DNA of 64,000 nt, taken from IMG/VR virus record IMGVR_UViG_3300032313_000664, positions 25,839 through 89,838 of that record. One strand, given 5' to 3'. The number at the start of each line of letters is the position of its first letter. Position 1 is the stretch's first letter. The position numbers were made by a program, and so were the translations under genes. This DNA comes from a virus. The notes below the pieces were generated by a model, which ran no database searches, had not been told where the DNA came from, and saw only the letters and a program-made list of their open reading frames with translations. This document shows, piece after piece, positions 28,301 through 37,389 of this stretch.

Positions 28301-31300
28301 TGGCCTGCACCCAATGGGCGTTTTTTATGATCAAGGAACAAGATTAGGTTACGATAAGAATGAATTAAAAATTGCACTTAACGGTGCACACGAAGAACTG
28401 CAAAGAACTTTTTCTGCAAAAGGATCTGCTACAATTAATAAGCTATATTACGACAAAGTGGCTTCATCTACTATACTTAAATACTTAAAAGATGTTAAAA
28501 GATTAAGTCCAGCAATAGGCAGACAAGTTTCTATGGCAGAAGAACTTATGTTCTTAGGTCATCAAAGACTATCTTCAGGTAAAGGTTTTGAAAAAGGAAC
28601 AATGCGTCAAGTTGGATTTGATGGCGTCAAGCTACCCAGAGAAATTATCGGCACTGGAAGTGGATTCTCTAAAGATTCAAATCAAAGACATTTTAATTTA
28701 ATACAAGACCTATACGACGAAGAACCTTCAAATAAGTATACAGGTAAGTTAGGTAAGGGCAATACTATATCTCAAGTATTTAAAACTCAAAAAGGTCATA
28801 TGGGTGTGGCACGACCAATTTCAAAAATGAATTTCTTAATGAGCATGGTAAAAAACAAACTAAGTCGTGCACCACTTGCGCCAGACCCAAGATCAATTGC
28901 TTTGAATCAAAAATGGAGAAGAGGATACAAAGACGGCGGATTAGTTGGATACAAGAACGGCGGTATGGTTGGAGGAATGGATATCCCACGCTTTCATGAT
29001 GGCGGCTTTGTTTCTGGATTTCAATCTCAAGCTAGCAAGGGGTTTGTTGGACAAGGAATGCTAAAGCGCCCTGAAGGCGGCGGAATGGGCATCGGTGCTC
29101 AAATGGGAATGATGATGGGCGGATCAATGCTAGGACAATCTATAGGCGGCAACGTTGGCACTGGAATAACAATGGCTGCAAATATTCTCCCATGGCTTCC
29201 CCTACAAAAAATTATGCCATTAATTGGCAAGCTAATGACAAACCTAAGAACACTTTCTGGAATAGCAAATATTGCTGGTAAAGCAATGGGTCTATTATTT
29301 AGAGTTGGTCCAGTTGGTGCAGTTGTTACTGCAGTTGGACTTGCTGTATTTGCTTATAAGAAGTGGCGCAAAGAAGTAGAAGAAACTCAAAGAGAACATG
29401 TAATGCTAAACGGCATTACTGAAAAGGGTGCTAAAGAAGCAGGAATTAGCTACAAGAATGTAGCAAACTCAATTAAGGATGTAAGAGAGCAGTTTAAGCT
29501 TCAACAACAACAAGGTATATCCGCATACGAATCAATGACTGGTTCTGGAGTACAAGGGCTTACATTAACAATTGCACAACTAAAAGAATTAAAGAAAACT
29601 GCAAAAGATACTATGCCAGAGTTAGTCGGAACTTTTAATAGCATAGATACAAGCAAGGTAAATGATCTTGCTGCAAACCTAAAGGCACAATTTGTATCTG
29701 CAGGTATGTCTGCACAAGATGCAACAAATAAAATTTATGCAATCATAGAAGCATCAAATAAGGCTGGCGCAGGACTTGGTGCTATAACTAGCACAGGATT
29801 TACTGCAATAACAGACAAGGGAAGCGCTGCTTCTGCTATCGTTAAAAATTTAATTGATAGTCTTGCAGATATTGAAAATGTTGATCCAAAAGCATTTGCA
29901 TCAAATATTGATACCGTTATATCAAGCCTAGATGCAGCAACTGCTGCACTTGTAGGAACAAAAGATGCACAAGGAAATACAATTGATGAATCTATGGCAA
30001 TGACAATGCAATGGGAAAAGCTTGTCAAACTTGGTGCCGACTATACTCAATTAGGAGAAAAAGCTCTTGCTAACCTAAAGAAAGAAAGACCTGAACTTGC
30101 TGCAATATTAAAGAGCACAGATACTGTTGCAGGAATGTATGCCAAGTGGAGAGTACTTTTGGCTGGAGTTAATATTGATCTTAAGAATATAACATCTCAA
30201 CAAGCAATGGGAATTGCAGCTTATCAGCAAGCACTTTCTATGGCAGCATCTGCTTCAACATCAAATGAAAACACAAAAGGCGCATTGGGCACAGCTAATA
30301 AAGCAACAAAAGATTTAACAGATAGCATTAAAAAAGGCGAGAATGCAATAAAGAAGTATTCAAATACTGAAGCTGGATTAAGCAAGGCCAGAATAAAAGC
30401 ATATCAGGATGAAATTAAAGCTATCCGTGATCGTGCTGATGCAAAGAAGAAAGCCCTAAGAGACACTGTAGAAACTGAAAACACTGAGCTTGAGCTACAA
30501 AAGCTTAAGTTAGAAGCCCAAGCCGCACTAGCACGTGGAGACAGAGATGCTTATGAAGCTGCAAACATTGCAATTGCTCAGCTTACGAAAGAAACTCAGT
30601 TAAAGAAGGCTGAAGATAAAATTGATGCTAATGCTAAAAAAGAAGAAGCAAAAATTCAAGCCATTCTTGATGCAGATCAAGCAAAGAAAGATGCAGCAGC
30701 AGATGCAGTTACTAAGGCACAAAATACAGGCGCTTCAGCGACACAAACACTTGGAGAAATAAATAGCATTAAGTCGTTGCTTGCCCAGCTGGCAATAGAT
30801 CAAATTGAAAACGATAAGCTTAAAGACCCAACTAAAAAAGCAGATGGTCAAAAAGCTCTAGACGGAAGACTTCAAACTATAATTGGATCACTTGAAAAAG
30901 CTTCAGATGCTGTTCAAAAAGCATTCCCAGAATATGTTGATGCAAAAACAAATAAAGGAATTCCTACAAAAATTTATGGAATGCCTGGAGGTGAAGGTGC
31001 TCGAACTGGAGCTGGTGGAGCATTTGATAAGCTTGTTGCAGAAGTTGCAACAGGCGCAGAAAAGAATTTTAATAAATTATCTTCAGAAATTAGAGGCGGG
31101 GCATCACTTGGAGATGTTGTTAAAGCAATGGGCGGGACAGTAAGCAAGAGTAAAAAAATTGAGCAAGCAGATGTTACTGCTGCAATAAAAGCACAGCCTG
31201 GAGGTAGCAGTTCAGGATACCTTAAAGATCAAACAAAGGATGACGGTTCTCTTGAAGAGGGAGTGAGAAACGCTATCATACAAAAGTATGGGTTTAAAGA

Positions 31301-31736
31301 TGGAGATTCATTTGAATTCCAGGGCAAGACATATAATGTAAAGAAGAAGGCCTGGTACAACGGTAAAGGCAACGAAGCTGTTCTTGTAAAGAAGTGGGGC
31401 GGCGGTGCCGTAGTTGCTGGACAAACCTACGGTGTAAATGATAGAATTAACTCATTGGGAGTACAGCAAGAAGGCTTTATGCCGTTTACTCCAAAGGTAA
31501 GCGGAATAATTTATCCAAATGTTGATACTATGCCAAAGTATAATATCCATAGCGGAGAAGTAACTGGAATGCGTGGCGGAGTAAACAGTTCTTACAATAA
31601 CAATTCATACTCAATTAACATTGCGCTTAATGGAACCAACGTGACAGCAGACGATGTAATGAGAAGATTTAAGACAGAGATGGCTTTGGTTCATGCAAAA
31701 GAAGGAAGATCTAGATCAGTTGGGGGACAAGTTTAA
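25317..31736 (+). CDS. Tape measure protein
   Basis: 2139 aa, helical and Ala-rich; NWGKNTQWAGRQLTVGLTVPL; GPGTGTSDSIPAMVSNGEFIV; central hydrophobic segments. Confidence 0.92.
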   Translation: MADENIVTNIVANADFSGLIADVNKVTASLSKLQAQLIASDAKLANQVAVMNRSFSENLRRTGQFSTHFVTLTSDTEKFGKSLDGGKLKLRDYFRTFQEHTKTSGGIVRDLAKQQVALQNAIIQPLGKNAQGLMQFNVQVPQGLDNIKNKTAIARQELQILNKVVQDGGVQLINWGKNTQWAGRQLTVGLTVPLAAFGKAAADAFRMADAELVRLTKVYGGVAATSSAELSKIRTEVSATAKEISKAYGVSFKDTITLAADIAATGKQGDELLSSVKETSRLAVLGEVDRQEAMKATLAIQTTFKQNTDQLSESINFLNSVENQTSTTLNDLVEAIPKAGPVIQGLGGSVQDLALYLTAMKEGGINASEGANALKSALASLINPTKVAKEKFFEMGIDLGGIVTKNAGNLTGTIMALQAALDSLDPLQKQQAIEQLFGKFQFSRLNALFANLGKQGSQTLQVMDLMKASSQELAQVADRELSMVTESASGKYRRAIEGLKADLAGIGEEFLKVQTFFINVVDGIIDFTTKLPKPIKQILTFAGGLTAVIGPVIMLTGVLANFFGYVIKGVSHFKALFKGGEGWKMLTPEILAAQKAGSLVEKTFYSDAQAATVLKTAIEGLVAEFTVLQSKAQSGAISVAPALNNFVSGVTGRVVNPNHPMLSPTDTRSMSHMNPVGGMTADQKTGQTIFGVVPGAPRVNQTIGNNPQIYANADLPEVQGLTRIGKASTGVVAAEAAKWHAMTGALAMQSETEIKALKTEVSRTGLITHELSASYQALLPEMTKLTQRAALESAEIVAQLQASKITIDQARAKIIALNAQIEAAMGAAATDIAGQQGRSIALTSVPLLSQPVVDRAGKSNMKELARPGRTRGLLNKIAGGLGVKTFGAPYSIETTMPKKFHTGGTVSGPGTGTSDSIPAMVSNGEFIVKAGSVNAETLPILQAINDNPDNTRPFLSAFMTHQGTEINQGLEGKAKGKVVPTGISIANDMQNLHSRGLHPMGVFYDQGTRLGYDKNELKIALNGAHEELQRTFSAKGSATINKLYYDKVASSTILKYLKDVKRLSPAIGRQVSMAEELMFLGHQRLSSGKGFEKGTMRQVGFDGVKLPREIIGTGSGFSKDSNQRHFNLIQDLYDEEPSNKYTGKLGKGNTISQVFKTQKGHMGVARPISKMNFLMSMVKNKLSRAPLAPDPRSIALNQKWRRGYKDGGLVGYKNGGMVGGMDIPRFHDGGFVSGFQSQASKGFVGQGMLKRPEGGGMGIGAQMGMMMGGSMLGQSIGGNVGTGITMAANILPWLPLQKIMPLIGKLMTNLRTLSGIANIAGKAMGLLFRVGPVGAVVTAVGLAVFAYKKWRKEVEETQREHVMLNGITEKGAKEAGISYKNVANSIKDVREQFKLQQQQGISAYESMTGSGVQGLTLTIAQLKELKKTAKDTMPELVGTFNSIDTSKVNDLAANLKAQFVSAGMSAQDATNKIYAIIEASNKAGAGLGAITSTGFTAITDKGSAASAIVKNLIDSLADIENVDPKAFASNIDTVISSLDAATAALVGTKDAQGNTIDESMAMTMQWEKLVKLGADYTQLGEKALANLKKERPELAAILKSTDTVAGMYAKWRVLLAGVNIDLKNITSQQAMGIAAYQQALSMAASASTSNENTKGALGTANKATKDLTDSIKKGENAIKKYSNTEAGLSKARIKAYQDEIKAIRDRADAKKKALRDTVETENTELELQKLKLEAQAALARGDRDAYEAANIAIAQLTKETQLKKAEDKIDANAKKEEAKIQAILDADQAKKDAAADAVTKAQNTGASATQTLGEINSIKSLLAQLAIDQIENDKLKDPTKKADGQKALDGRLQTIIGSLEKASDAVQKAFPEYVDAKTNKGIPTKIYGMPGGEGARTGAGGAFDKLVAEVATGAEKNFNKLSSEIRGGASLGDVVKAMGGTVSKSKKIEQADVTAAIKAQPGGSSSGYLKDQTKDDGSLEEGVRNAIIQKYGFKDGDSFEFQGKTYNVKKKAWYNGKGNEAVLVKKWGGGAVVAGQTYGVNDRINSLGVQQEGFMPFTPKVSGIIYPNVDTMPKYNIHSGEVTGMRGGVNSSYNNNSYSINIALNGTNVTADDVMRRFKTEMALVHAKEGRSRSVGGQV

Positions 31737-32206
31737 TGCCATTAACATTACCAAGAGGTTCAATCTTTAGCATAGAGGCTAAGGATCTTTTAGCAACTCC
31801 CGCAGGAACTGTAAATCAATTTAATAAGGTTACTGAGCATAACCGTACAGACTTTAGCATTAATGTTGAAAGAATTGAAAAAGTAGTAAGAACATCAAAC
31901 GGAACTTTAAGAAAGAATTTTATTAAAGATAAGCGCAAGTTCTCAACATCCTGGGACATGCTTCCATCATATAGAACTCTAACCGTGGACGGTGCATGGG
32001 GAGCAGAAGACTTAAGATCATTCTACCTAGGAGAACAAGGACAGGGTAGTTTTAAAATTAGATTAAACATAGCAAAAAATGGAGTCTCACAAGAGTCATC
32101 TGGATATGAAGAGTATACGGTTGTTATTACAGACTGCAGCTTTGCAATTGCCAAAAGAGGCTTACAGCCCCACTGGAACGTATCCCTGAGCATGGATGAA
32201 GTCTAA
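31736..32206 (+). CDS. Distal tail (Dit-like) protein
   Basis: First gene after tape measure; RTSNGTLR..W..LP. Confidence 0.6.
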   Translation: MPLTLPRGSIFSIEAKDLLATPAGTVNQFNKVTEHNRTDFSINVERIEKVVRTSNGTLRKNFIKDKRKFSTSWDMLPSYRTLTVDGAWGAEDLRSFYLGEQGQGSFKIRLNIAKNGVSQESSGYEEYTVVITDCSFAIAKRGLQPHWNVSLSMDEV

Positions 32207-34074
32207 TGCCAGTATATGCAAGCCCTGCAGCCAAAACAAAGCTTGAGCAAAGCACAAACCTAAATTTAAATATAGGTTGTACTATTGAGTACAACATGAA
32301 TAGACTTGTAGATAACATTGTTGTTACTGGTGCAGATATTGTTAAGCCAGACGGAAGTAAGCCTTTTAAAAAGTTATTCCCCGTAGATTCAATCATCAAG
32401 GCTAACCGACCAATTGGAGCGGGAGTTAAATATGGAATCACAGGAGATATTGGGTCTGGAACATATAGAGATCCAAGAGCTAGTACATACCCGTTAGACT
32501 ATAGAACATACTACCCAGGAGCAGACACATATTACAAGTACTGGCTAAGCGCAGTTAGCACGGGTGTAGATTTAACCATTACATATCCAAAAGCAGTATT
32601 AACAAATAAAGTAGTTGCAAGATTTGAGATATCACATTCAACTCCAGGAACCTGGAACATACTTTTAAATGGATCATCTGTTGCACAAGGAACAAGTTCA
32701 CAGATAAAAGCATTCGGTGCTGGAACATATGATGCTGGAACTTTGACTATTTATTATAATGGAACTGCATGGGTAACTACAGAGCCAGCAGTGCTAGGTG
32801 CTCCAGTAAGCATAACCACATTAAAGATAACCACTGCAGGAGTTGCAGGTAAGTACATTGGTGTTATTGAGCTTTGTCCTAAATGGGTAGTTGATATATC
32901 AGATGCCATTACAGATATGTCTATCTCAAAAGAGTCATCTACAAGCTCAGAAGATATCCTACCAATCGGAAAGGTTTCAGCAAACTCTTTATCTTTAGGT
33001 CTTGTATCCTACGAAACCACACGTAAAATAATTTCCTTTGATAAAACATTTACTTTTGATGCCTCTAAGATTTATCTATACAAGCAGATTGAATTAAACC
33101 CATACTACAAGTTATATAATTCTGACCAAACTTATGAAAAAATTAATCAAGGTGTGTTCTATCTAGACAACTGGTCTTCCTCAGAATATGGAGAGATATC
33201 TTTAACGGCACTTGATGGAGCAAAAATTTTGCAAGAAGTAATTGCACCAAGTATTATTTGTGAAGGATATTCAACAACTGCAATATTAAGAAGACTGCTT
33301 GATACGGTAGGTTTTACAAACTATAAATTTAATATGTCTGCAACAGACACTTCAATATTTACTCCAAAGTTCTGGTGGACAGATGACAGTAAGCCAGTGT
33401 GGAATGCCATACAAGAGCTTTGCCGAGACTCTCAAATGACAGCTATCTTTGATGAAAATAATGTGCTTCAATTTTACACAAGAGACTACATGTTCTCTTC
33501 AGCAAAATCCGTAGACTGGTCATTTAGATATAATGCAGATGGATCAAATCTGCCTAACATAATTTCTTTTTCTAAAAACGAGTTAGCAAGTGCAAATCAG
33601 GTTAAGGTCTTATGGAATAGCGTAACTACTTCAGAGTTTACTGGAAACTCTCAGCCACTGTGGAAGTCTGGCAACACTTCAATGGGAGCCCTATCACTTG
33701 ATCAAGATCTCCCAGCGTCTATTGGGGAAGGCGGATATATCAATCTTTCTCCAATTACAGTAAATAGCTACGAAAGCAAAAGAGTTCTATACGAGTATAA
33801 CGGATACCTTGTAATTGATTCAGAAATTATAGAGTATGATGCAATTCAATATGAATATGTTTATAATGGTGTCAAGACGCAAGTGTGGATAACAACTGAA
33901 TCAGATGTATTAAAATATTTAGGTCTGTCAAATGTTGGTTCTGCAAACTATCAGCCTACAGGAAAATATAGAATTAAAACAAGAGGTGCATTTAATACAA
34001 CCGTTGCAAATCATTATGCTGCGGCGTCTACTATATTAAATTCATGGAGTGGATATGAGGTGAAGTGGGTATAA
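32206..34074 (+). CDS. Minor tail/baseplate hub protein
   Basis: GVFYLDNW, LTALDG, W.AIQEL..AIFDENN.LQF hub-like motifs. Confidence 0.7.
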   Translation: MPVYASPAAKTKLEQSTNLNLNIGCTIEYNMNRLVDNIVVTGADIVKPDGSKPFKKLFPVDSIIKANRPIGAGVKYGITGDIGSGTYRDPRASTYPLDYRTYYPGADTYYKYWLSAVSTGVDLTITYPKAVLTNKVVARFEISHSTPGTWNILLNGSSVAQGTSSQIKAFGAGTYDAGTLTIYYNGTAWVTTEPAVLGAPVSITTLKITTAGVAGKYIGVIELCPKWVVDISDAITDMSISKESSTSSEDILPIGKVSANSLSLGLVSYETTRKIISFDKTFTFDASKIYLYKQIELNPYYKLYNSDQTYEKINQGVFYLDNWSSSEYGEISLTALDGAKILQEVIAPSIICEGYSTTAILRRLLDTVGFTNYKFNMSATDTSIFTPKFWWTDDSKPVWNAIQELCRDSQMTAIFDENNVLQFYTRDYMFSSAKSVDWSFRYNADGSNLPNIISFSKNELASANQVKVLWNSVTTSEFTGNSQPLWKSGNTSMGALSLDQDLPASIGEGGYINLSPITVNSYESKRVLYEYNGYLVIDSEIIEYDAIQYEYVYNGVKTQVWITTESDVLKYLGLSNVGSANYQPTGKYRIKTRGAFNTTVANHYAAASTILNSWSGYEVKWV

Positions 34075-35885
34075 TGGCAGGCGCATACGATTACTGGAGT
34101 AGTTCATTTTTACCAATACCAACCCCAGCACCAGGGACTCTAGTCATACCTTGGATCTCAATTCAGACAACATCTACAACAAGAGCAGTTATAACTTTAG
34201 GTACTCCAACGCAAACTCCAGGAAGCTACGCTGGGTCAGCAGCAAGCACTGGTAATTTTAATGATCCAGATTTTACATTTACAACATCAAGCGGAGTTCA
34301 TGTCCGTGAAAATTTAACTCCAGGTGCAAAATATACAGTTAGAGCACGTGCATACACAGGAGCAAATGCTACTGGAACAGCAGGTCCTTATATTACTGAA
34401 AGTTTTACTATGCCTTCATCATATAACCCCCTTACTGGAATTGTTTCAACAGCTACGCCAGTTACAACACCGCCAGTGTCAACTGGGTCAAAAGTTAATA
34501 CAACAACGCTTTCGGGCATTGCTGCAGCAAGTGGAACTAATGTAGCTCTAGACAGCACCGCAGCAGCAGATACTGGATCAGATGAAGTCGCTGGACCAGT
34601 ACAATACGTAACAGGATCCTCATCGGCAACTAGCGGAAATAGACAAGTTGAAAAATCTTTATTTAGAGTTACAAATAATTCAAAAGATCCTGCTGAATTT
34701 TCAATAGCAGCAAAGAATTTTGAAATTTCAACATCTTATTCGCACTATACCTTTGGAACAGGGATGTTTTTTCAAAGCAGTATTTCTGATGTAAACGCAT
34801 CGGGTGGTATGGGATTTTTTACAGATTTATTAGGAATGTCAGGATATTACGTTCTTATGCAAACAACTTCTAACATGAATAAAACTGATGATAAAGAAGT
34901 AAAAATTATAAAAGTAGTTAATGGTAGAGTTAAAAAGCTTAATGACAGTCAAAAGGGTATTTCAAAAACCCTTACTGGAATCTTAGGCGCAACATCTTAT
35001 AAAGTAGACATAAAGGTAAAATGCGACACTGGGGTAAGAGTAATTGATGTTTATATTAACAACTTTAAAATAACAGCAACAGATGTTACATCTGCTACAA
35101 GTACAGACCCTTTAGATAAGGTTCTTCCTATAACACCCAATGTATCTATGTGTGCCACTACAGGATCAGCATATTATGATTATGTTTATGCTATGCCTCT
35201 TGAGGAAGCTCAATATAACTCAGGAGTGTTGCAAAATGTATATAATGGTCAATTTAATGATACGATGCTAAGCTTTTTATACGGAGAAAAGGTTTTAAAT
35301 AATTTTAATAAAACAAATCTTACAAATGGAAAGCTAGAAGAGTTTGGCACAGTTGCTAGAGAACTTAGAAAAGTTAGTATTAAGTATGAGTCTAGGCCAG
35401 GATATCCCCTCTACCCAAGCTTAGGAATAAATAAATTTGTCAACGTACTAGGGTCCAGACTTACGTCGTTTGGTGCGGAGGTTTACCTAGTAAATAACGC
35501 TGGAACCTGGGTACCTTTAGATGACTCATCACTGCACTCATTTAGTGTTATTGGTAACTACGTAGTTACATCTGGTCAACATGAGTATACAGACAAAACT
35601 GTAAATGAGTATTCAAACCCAGAACCAGTAATATTTCAGTCCTCTTGGATACAAAAAGAAGATGATGCCAAAGCAGTGTCTAACTGGATTAAGACGTTAT
35701 GGTCAAAGCAGCAGTCTGTTATAAATATGCAGGTATTCGGAAACCCGCTTGTCTCAGTTGGAGACATTATAACAATTAATTATCCTTCAAATGGGCTTGA
35801 CGGAACGCAGAAATTTGTTGTTATGAATGTAAGTAATTCATTTATGGATGGATTGGAGACATCAATTACAGCTAGGACATTGTAG
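34074..35885 (+). CDS. Minor tail protein (FN3-like N-terminus, hub-like C-terminus)
   Basis: Start placed at 34074 (TAATG); LTPGAKYTVRARAY; C-terminal GNPLVSVGDII. Confidence 0.7.
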   Translation: MAGAYDYWSSSFLPIPTPAPGTLVIPWISIQTTSTTRAVITLGTPTQTPGSYAGSAASTGNFNDPDFTFTTSSGVHVRENLTPGAKYTVRARAYTGANATGTAGPYITESFTMPSSYNPLTGIVSTATPVTTPPVSTGSKVNTTTLSGIAAASGTNVALDSTAAADTGSDEVAGPVQYVTGSSSATSGNRQVEKSLFRVTNNSKDPAEFSIAAKNFEISTSYSHYTFGTGMFFQSSISDVNASGGMGFFTDLLGMSGYYVLMQTTSNMNKTDDKEVKIIKVVNGRVKKLNDSQKGISKTLTGILGATSYKVDIKVKCDTGVRVIDVYINNFKITATDVTSATSTDPLDKVLPITPNVSMCATTGSAYYDYVYAMPLEEAQYNSGVLQNVYNGQFNDTMLSFLYGEKVLNNFNKTNLTNGKLEEFGTVARELRKVSIKYESRPGYPLYPSLGINKFVNVLGSRLTSFGAEVYLVNNAGTWVPLDDSSLHSFSVIGNYVVTSGQHEYTDKTVNEYSNPEPVIFQSSWIQKEDDAKAVSNWIKTLWSKQQSVINMQVFGNPLVSVGDIITINYPSNGLDGTQKFVVMNVSNSFMDGLETSITARTL

Positions 35886-35893
35886 TCTGTAAA

Positions 35894-35902
35894 TGGTATA
35901 AT
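35894..35902 (+). promoter_or_regulatory. Extended -10 promoter (likely leaderless)
   Basis: TGGTATAAT ending 6 nt before ATG 35909; no SD. Confidence 0.55.
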
Positions 35903-35908
35903 AAAAAT

Positions 35909-36307
35909 ATGGTAACTAAAAGAGTATCTACAACCAGCGTCACGGCAGACGCACCCATTGCTCTATACTCAAACTCTCCAGAAAACAGTGATTTGGGGCC
36001 AAACTATAAAAAAGTAATACCTGGTAATACAATTGGAGCAATGTATCTTTCTTCAGGAGATATTAATTATAACGAAGTAGATGGCACCACAGTTGTTGTA
36101 GAGGAAGCAGCCGCAGCTGCAGCCGCAGCAGATGGAACAAAACCTACAGAGGCTCCAGGGGCTCCATCTCTTTCAGACATACAGGTTGTATCAAAAGAAG
36201 TTGTATATGATGCAGCAGGTAATCCATCAGTTCAGGTGGTATTTAAAATTAAAAATTCAAGTGGTCAAAAGCTAAAGGCCATCAATTCAAGAGTGGAGCT
36301 ATTATGA
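35909..36307 (+). CDS. Hypothetical tail-region protein
   Basis: 132 aa; ATGA overlap with the next gene. Confidence 0.65.
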   Translation: MVTKRVSTTSVTADAPIALYSNSPENSDLGPNYKKVIPGNTIGAMYLSSGDINYNEVDGTTVVVEEAAAAAAAADGTKPTEAPGAPSLSDIQVVSKEVVYDAAGNPSVQVVFKIKNSSGQKLKAINSRVELL

Positions 36308-37389
36308 TAACAAAGTTTGGAAAAAGATTTTTAACAAGCCACCTAGCAGGTTTAGTTGATTTTACAACAAAAGACCTAGCACTAGGAATAGGAAGCTCTG
36401 CTGTAAATCAATTTGGAAATGATACCAGACTAGAATTTGAGTTTTATAGACTGCCAGCAACATTGAGCAGCATTGATATTAGGTCTGCAGACATAACAGG
36501 TCTTTCCTCTACAGGATCAGCTGTAACTTATACTGCACAAAATAATTTCAGCCCAGGACAGACAGTTAAAATAACAGGAGTCGTTCCCACACAATATAAT
36601 GTTTCATCAGCAGTAGTTACATCTGCATCAAATTCCCAATTTACAATTGCATCTTCTTCAACTGGGAATTACACATCTGGCGGATACGCTTCTTCTTATT
36701 CAGCAATATTTTCTGCAACTATACCGCAGGATATCTCAGGTGTAATATCTGAAATTGGTTTGTATCCAGGAGCAAGAAAATCTACTAATAGTTTTGATAG
36801 TCAATTTATAACTTCATTTGATAATAATTTAAATTGGACAGACGGGTCATTTAATCCTGAAACAACTTTTAATTCAGAATCATTTCAATCTAAAATCGGA
36901 GAGAATATGATTGGCATTAGGGCGTTTGCAAGTGAATCAAAAGAGTACACCAATTCACAAACATTCTATGACATATCGGGATATAGCGTAAATGATAGTA
37001 TAGCAATTGCATACAAGAAAATGGATACAAACTTATCAAAAATTAGAGTAAAGTTTTATAGCTCTGATTCCTCATATTGTTGGGTTGATTTTACCCCAGA
37101 GTCTGGAACTGGAGATAAGATAACATCATTAACCTTAAATAATTTATTTAGCAACACAACGGCAACTCCACCAGATCTTACTTCTATTGTTAAGGTTGGA
37201 GTAGAAGTCACGGCAGGATCTGGCGGAAATACAATTGTATACTTAGACAGCATTAGAATTAATGACGAAGACACCTTTGACCCATACTTTGGCTTAATTA
37301 GTAGATCAGTTCTAACTGGAGCAGACATCTTAACAAAAGTTTCTGGAAGACAAGTAGATATAGAATATAAGCTAGCGCTGGAGTTTTAA
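36304..37389 (+). CDS. Minor tail protein
   Basis: MITKFGKRFL..LALGIG..LEFEFYR..ISEIGLY..IEYKL, typical of fibre/baseplate-attachment N-terminal domains. Confidence 0.65.
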   Translation: MITKFGKRFLTSHLAGLVDFTTKDLALGIGSSAVNQFGNDTRLEFEFYRLPATLSSIDIRSADITGLSSTGSAVTYTAQNNFSPGQTVKITGVVPTQYNVSSAVVTSASNSQFTIASSSTGNYTSGGYASSYSAIFSATIPQDISGVISEIGLYPGARKSTNSFDSQFITSFDNNLNWTDGSFNPETTFNSESFQSKIGENMIGIRAFASESKEYTNSQTFYDISGYSVNDSIAIAYKKMDTNLSKIRVKFYSSDSSYCWVDFTPESGTGDKITSLTLNNLFSNTTATPPDLTSIVKVGVEVTAGSGGNTIVYLDSIRINDEDTFDPYFGLISRSVLTGADILTKVSGRQVDIEYKLALEF

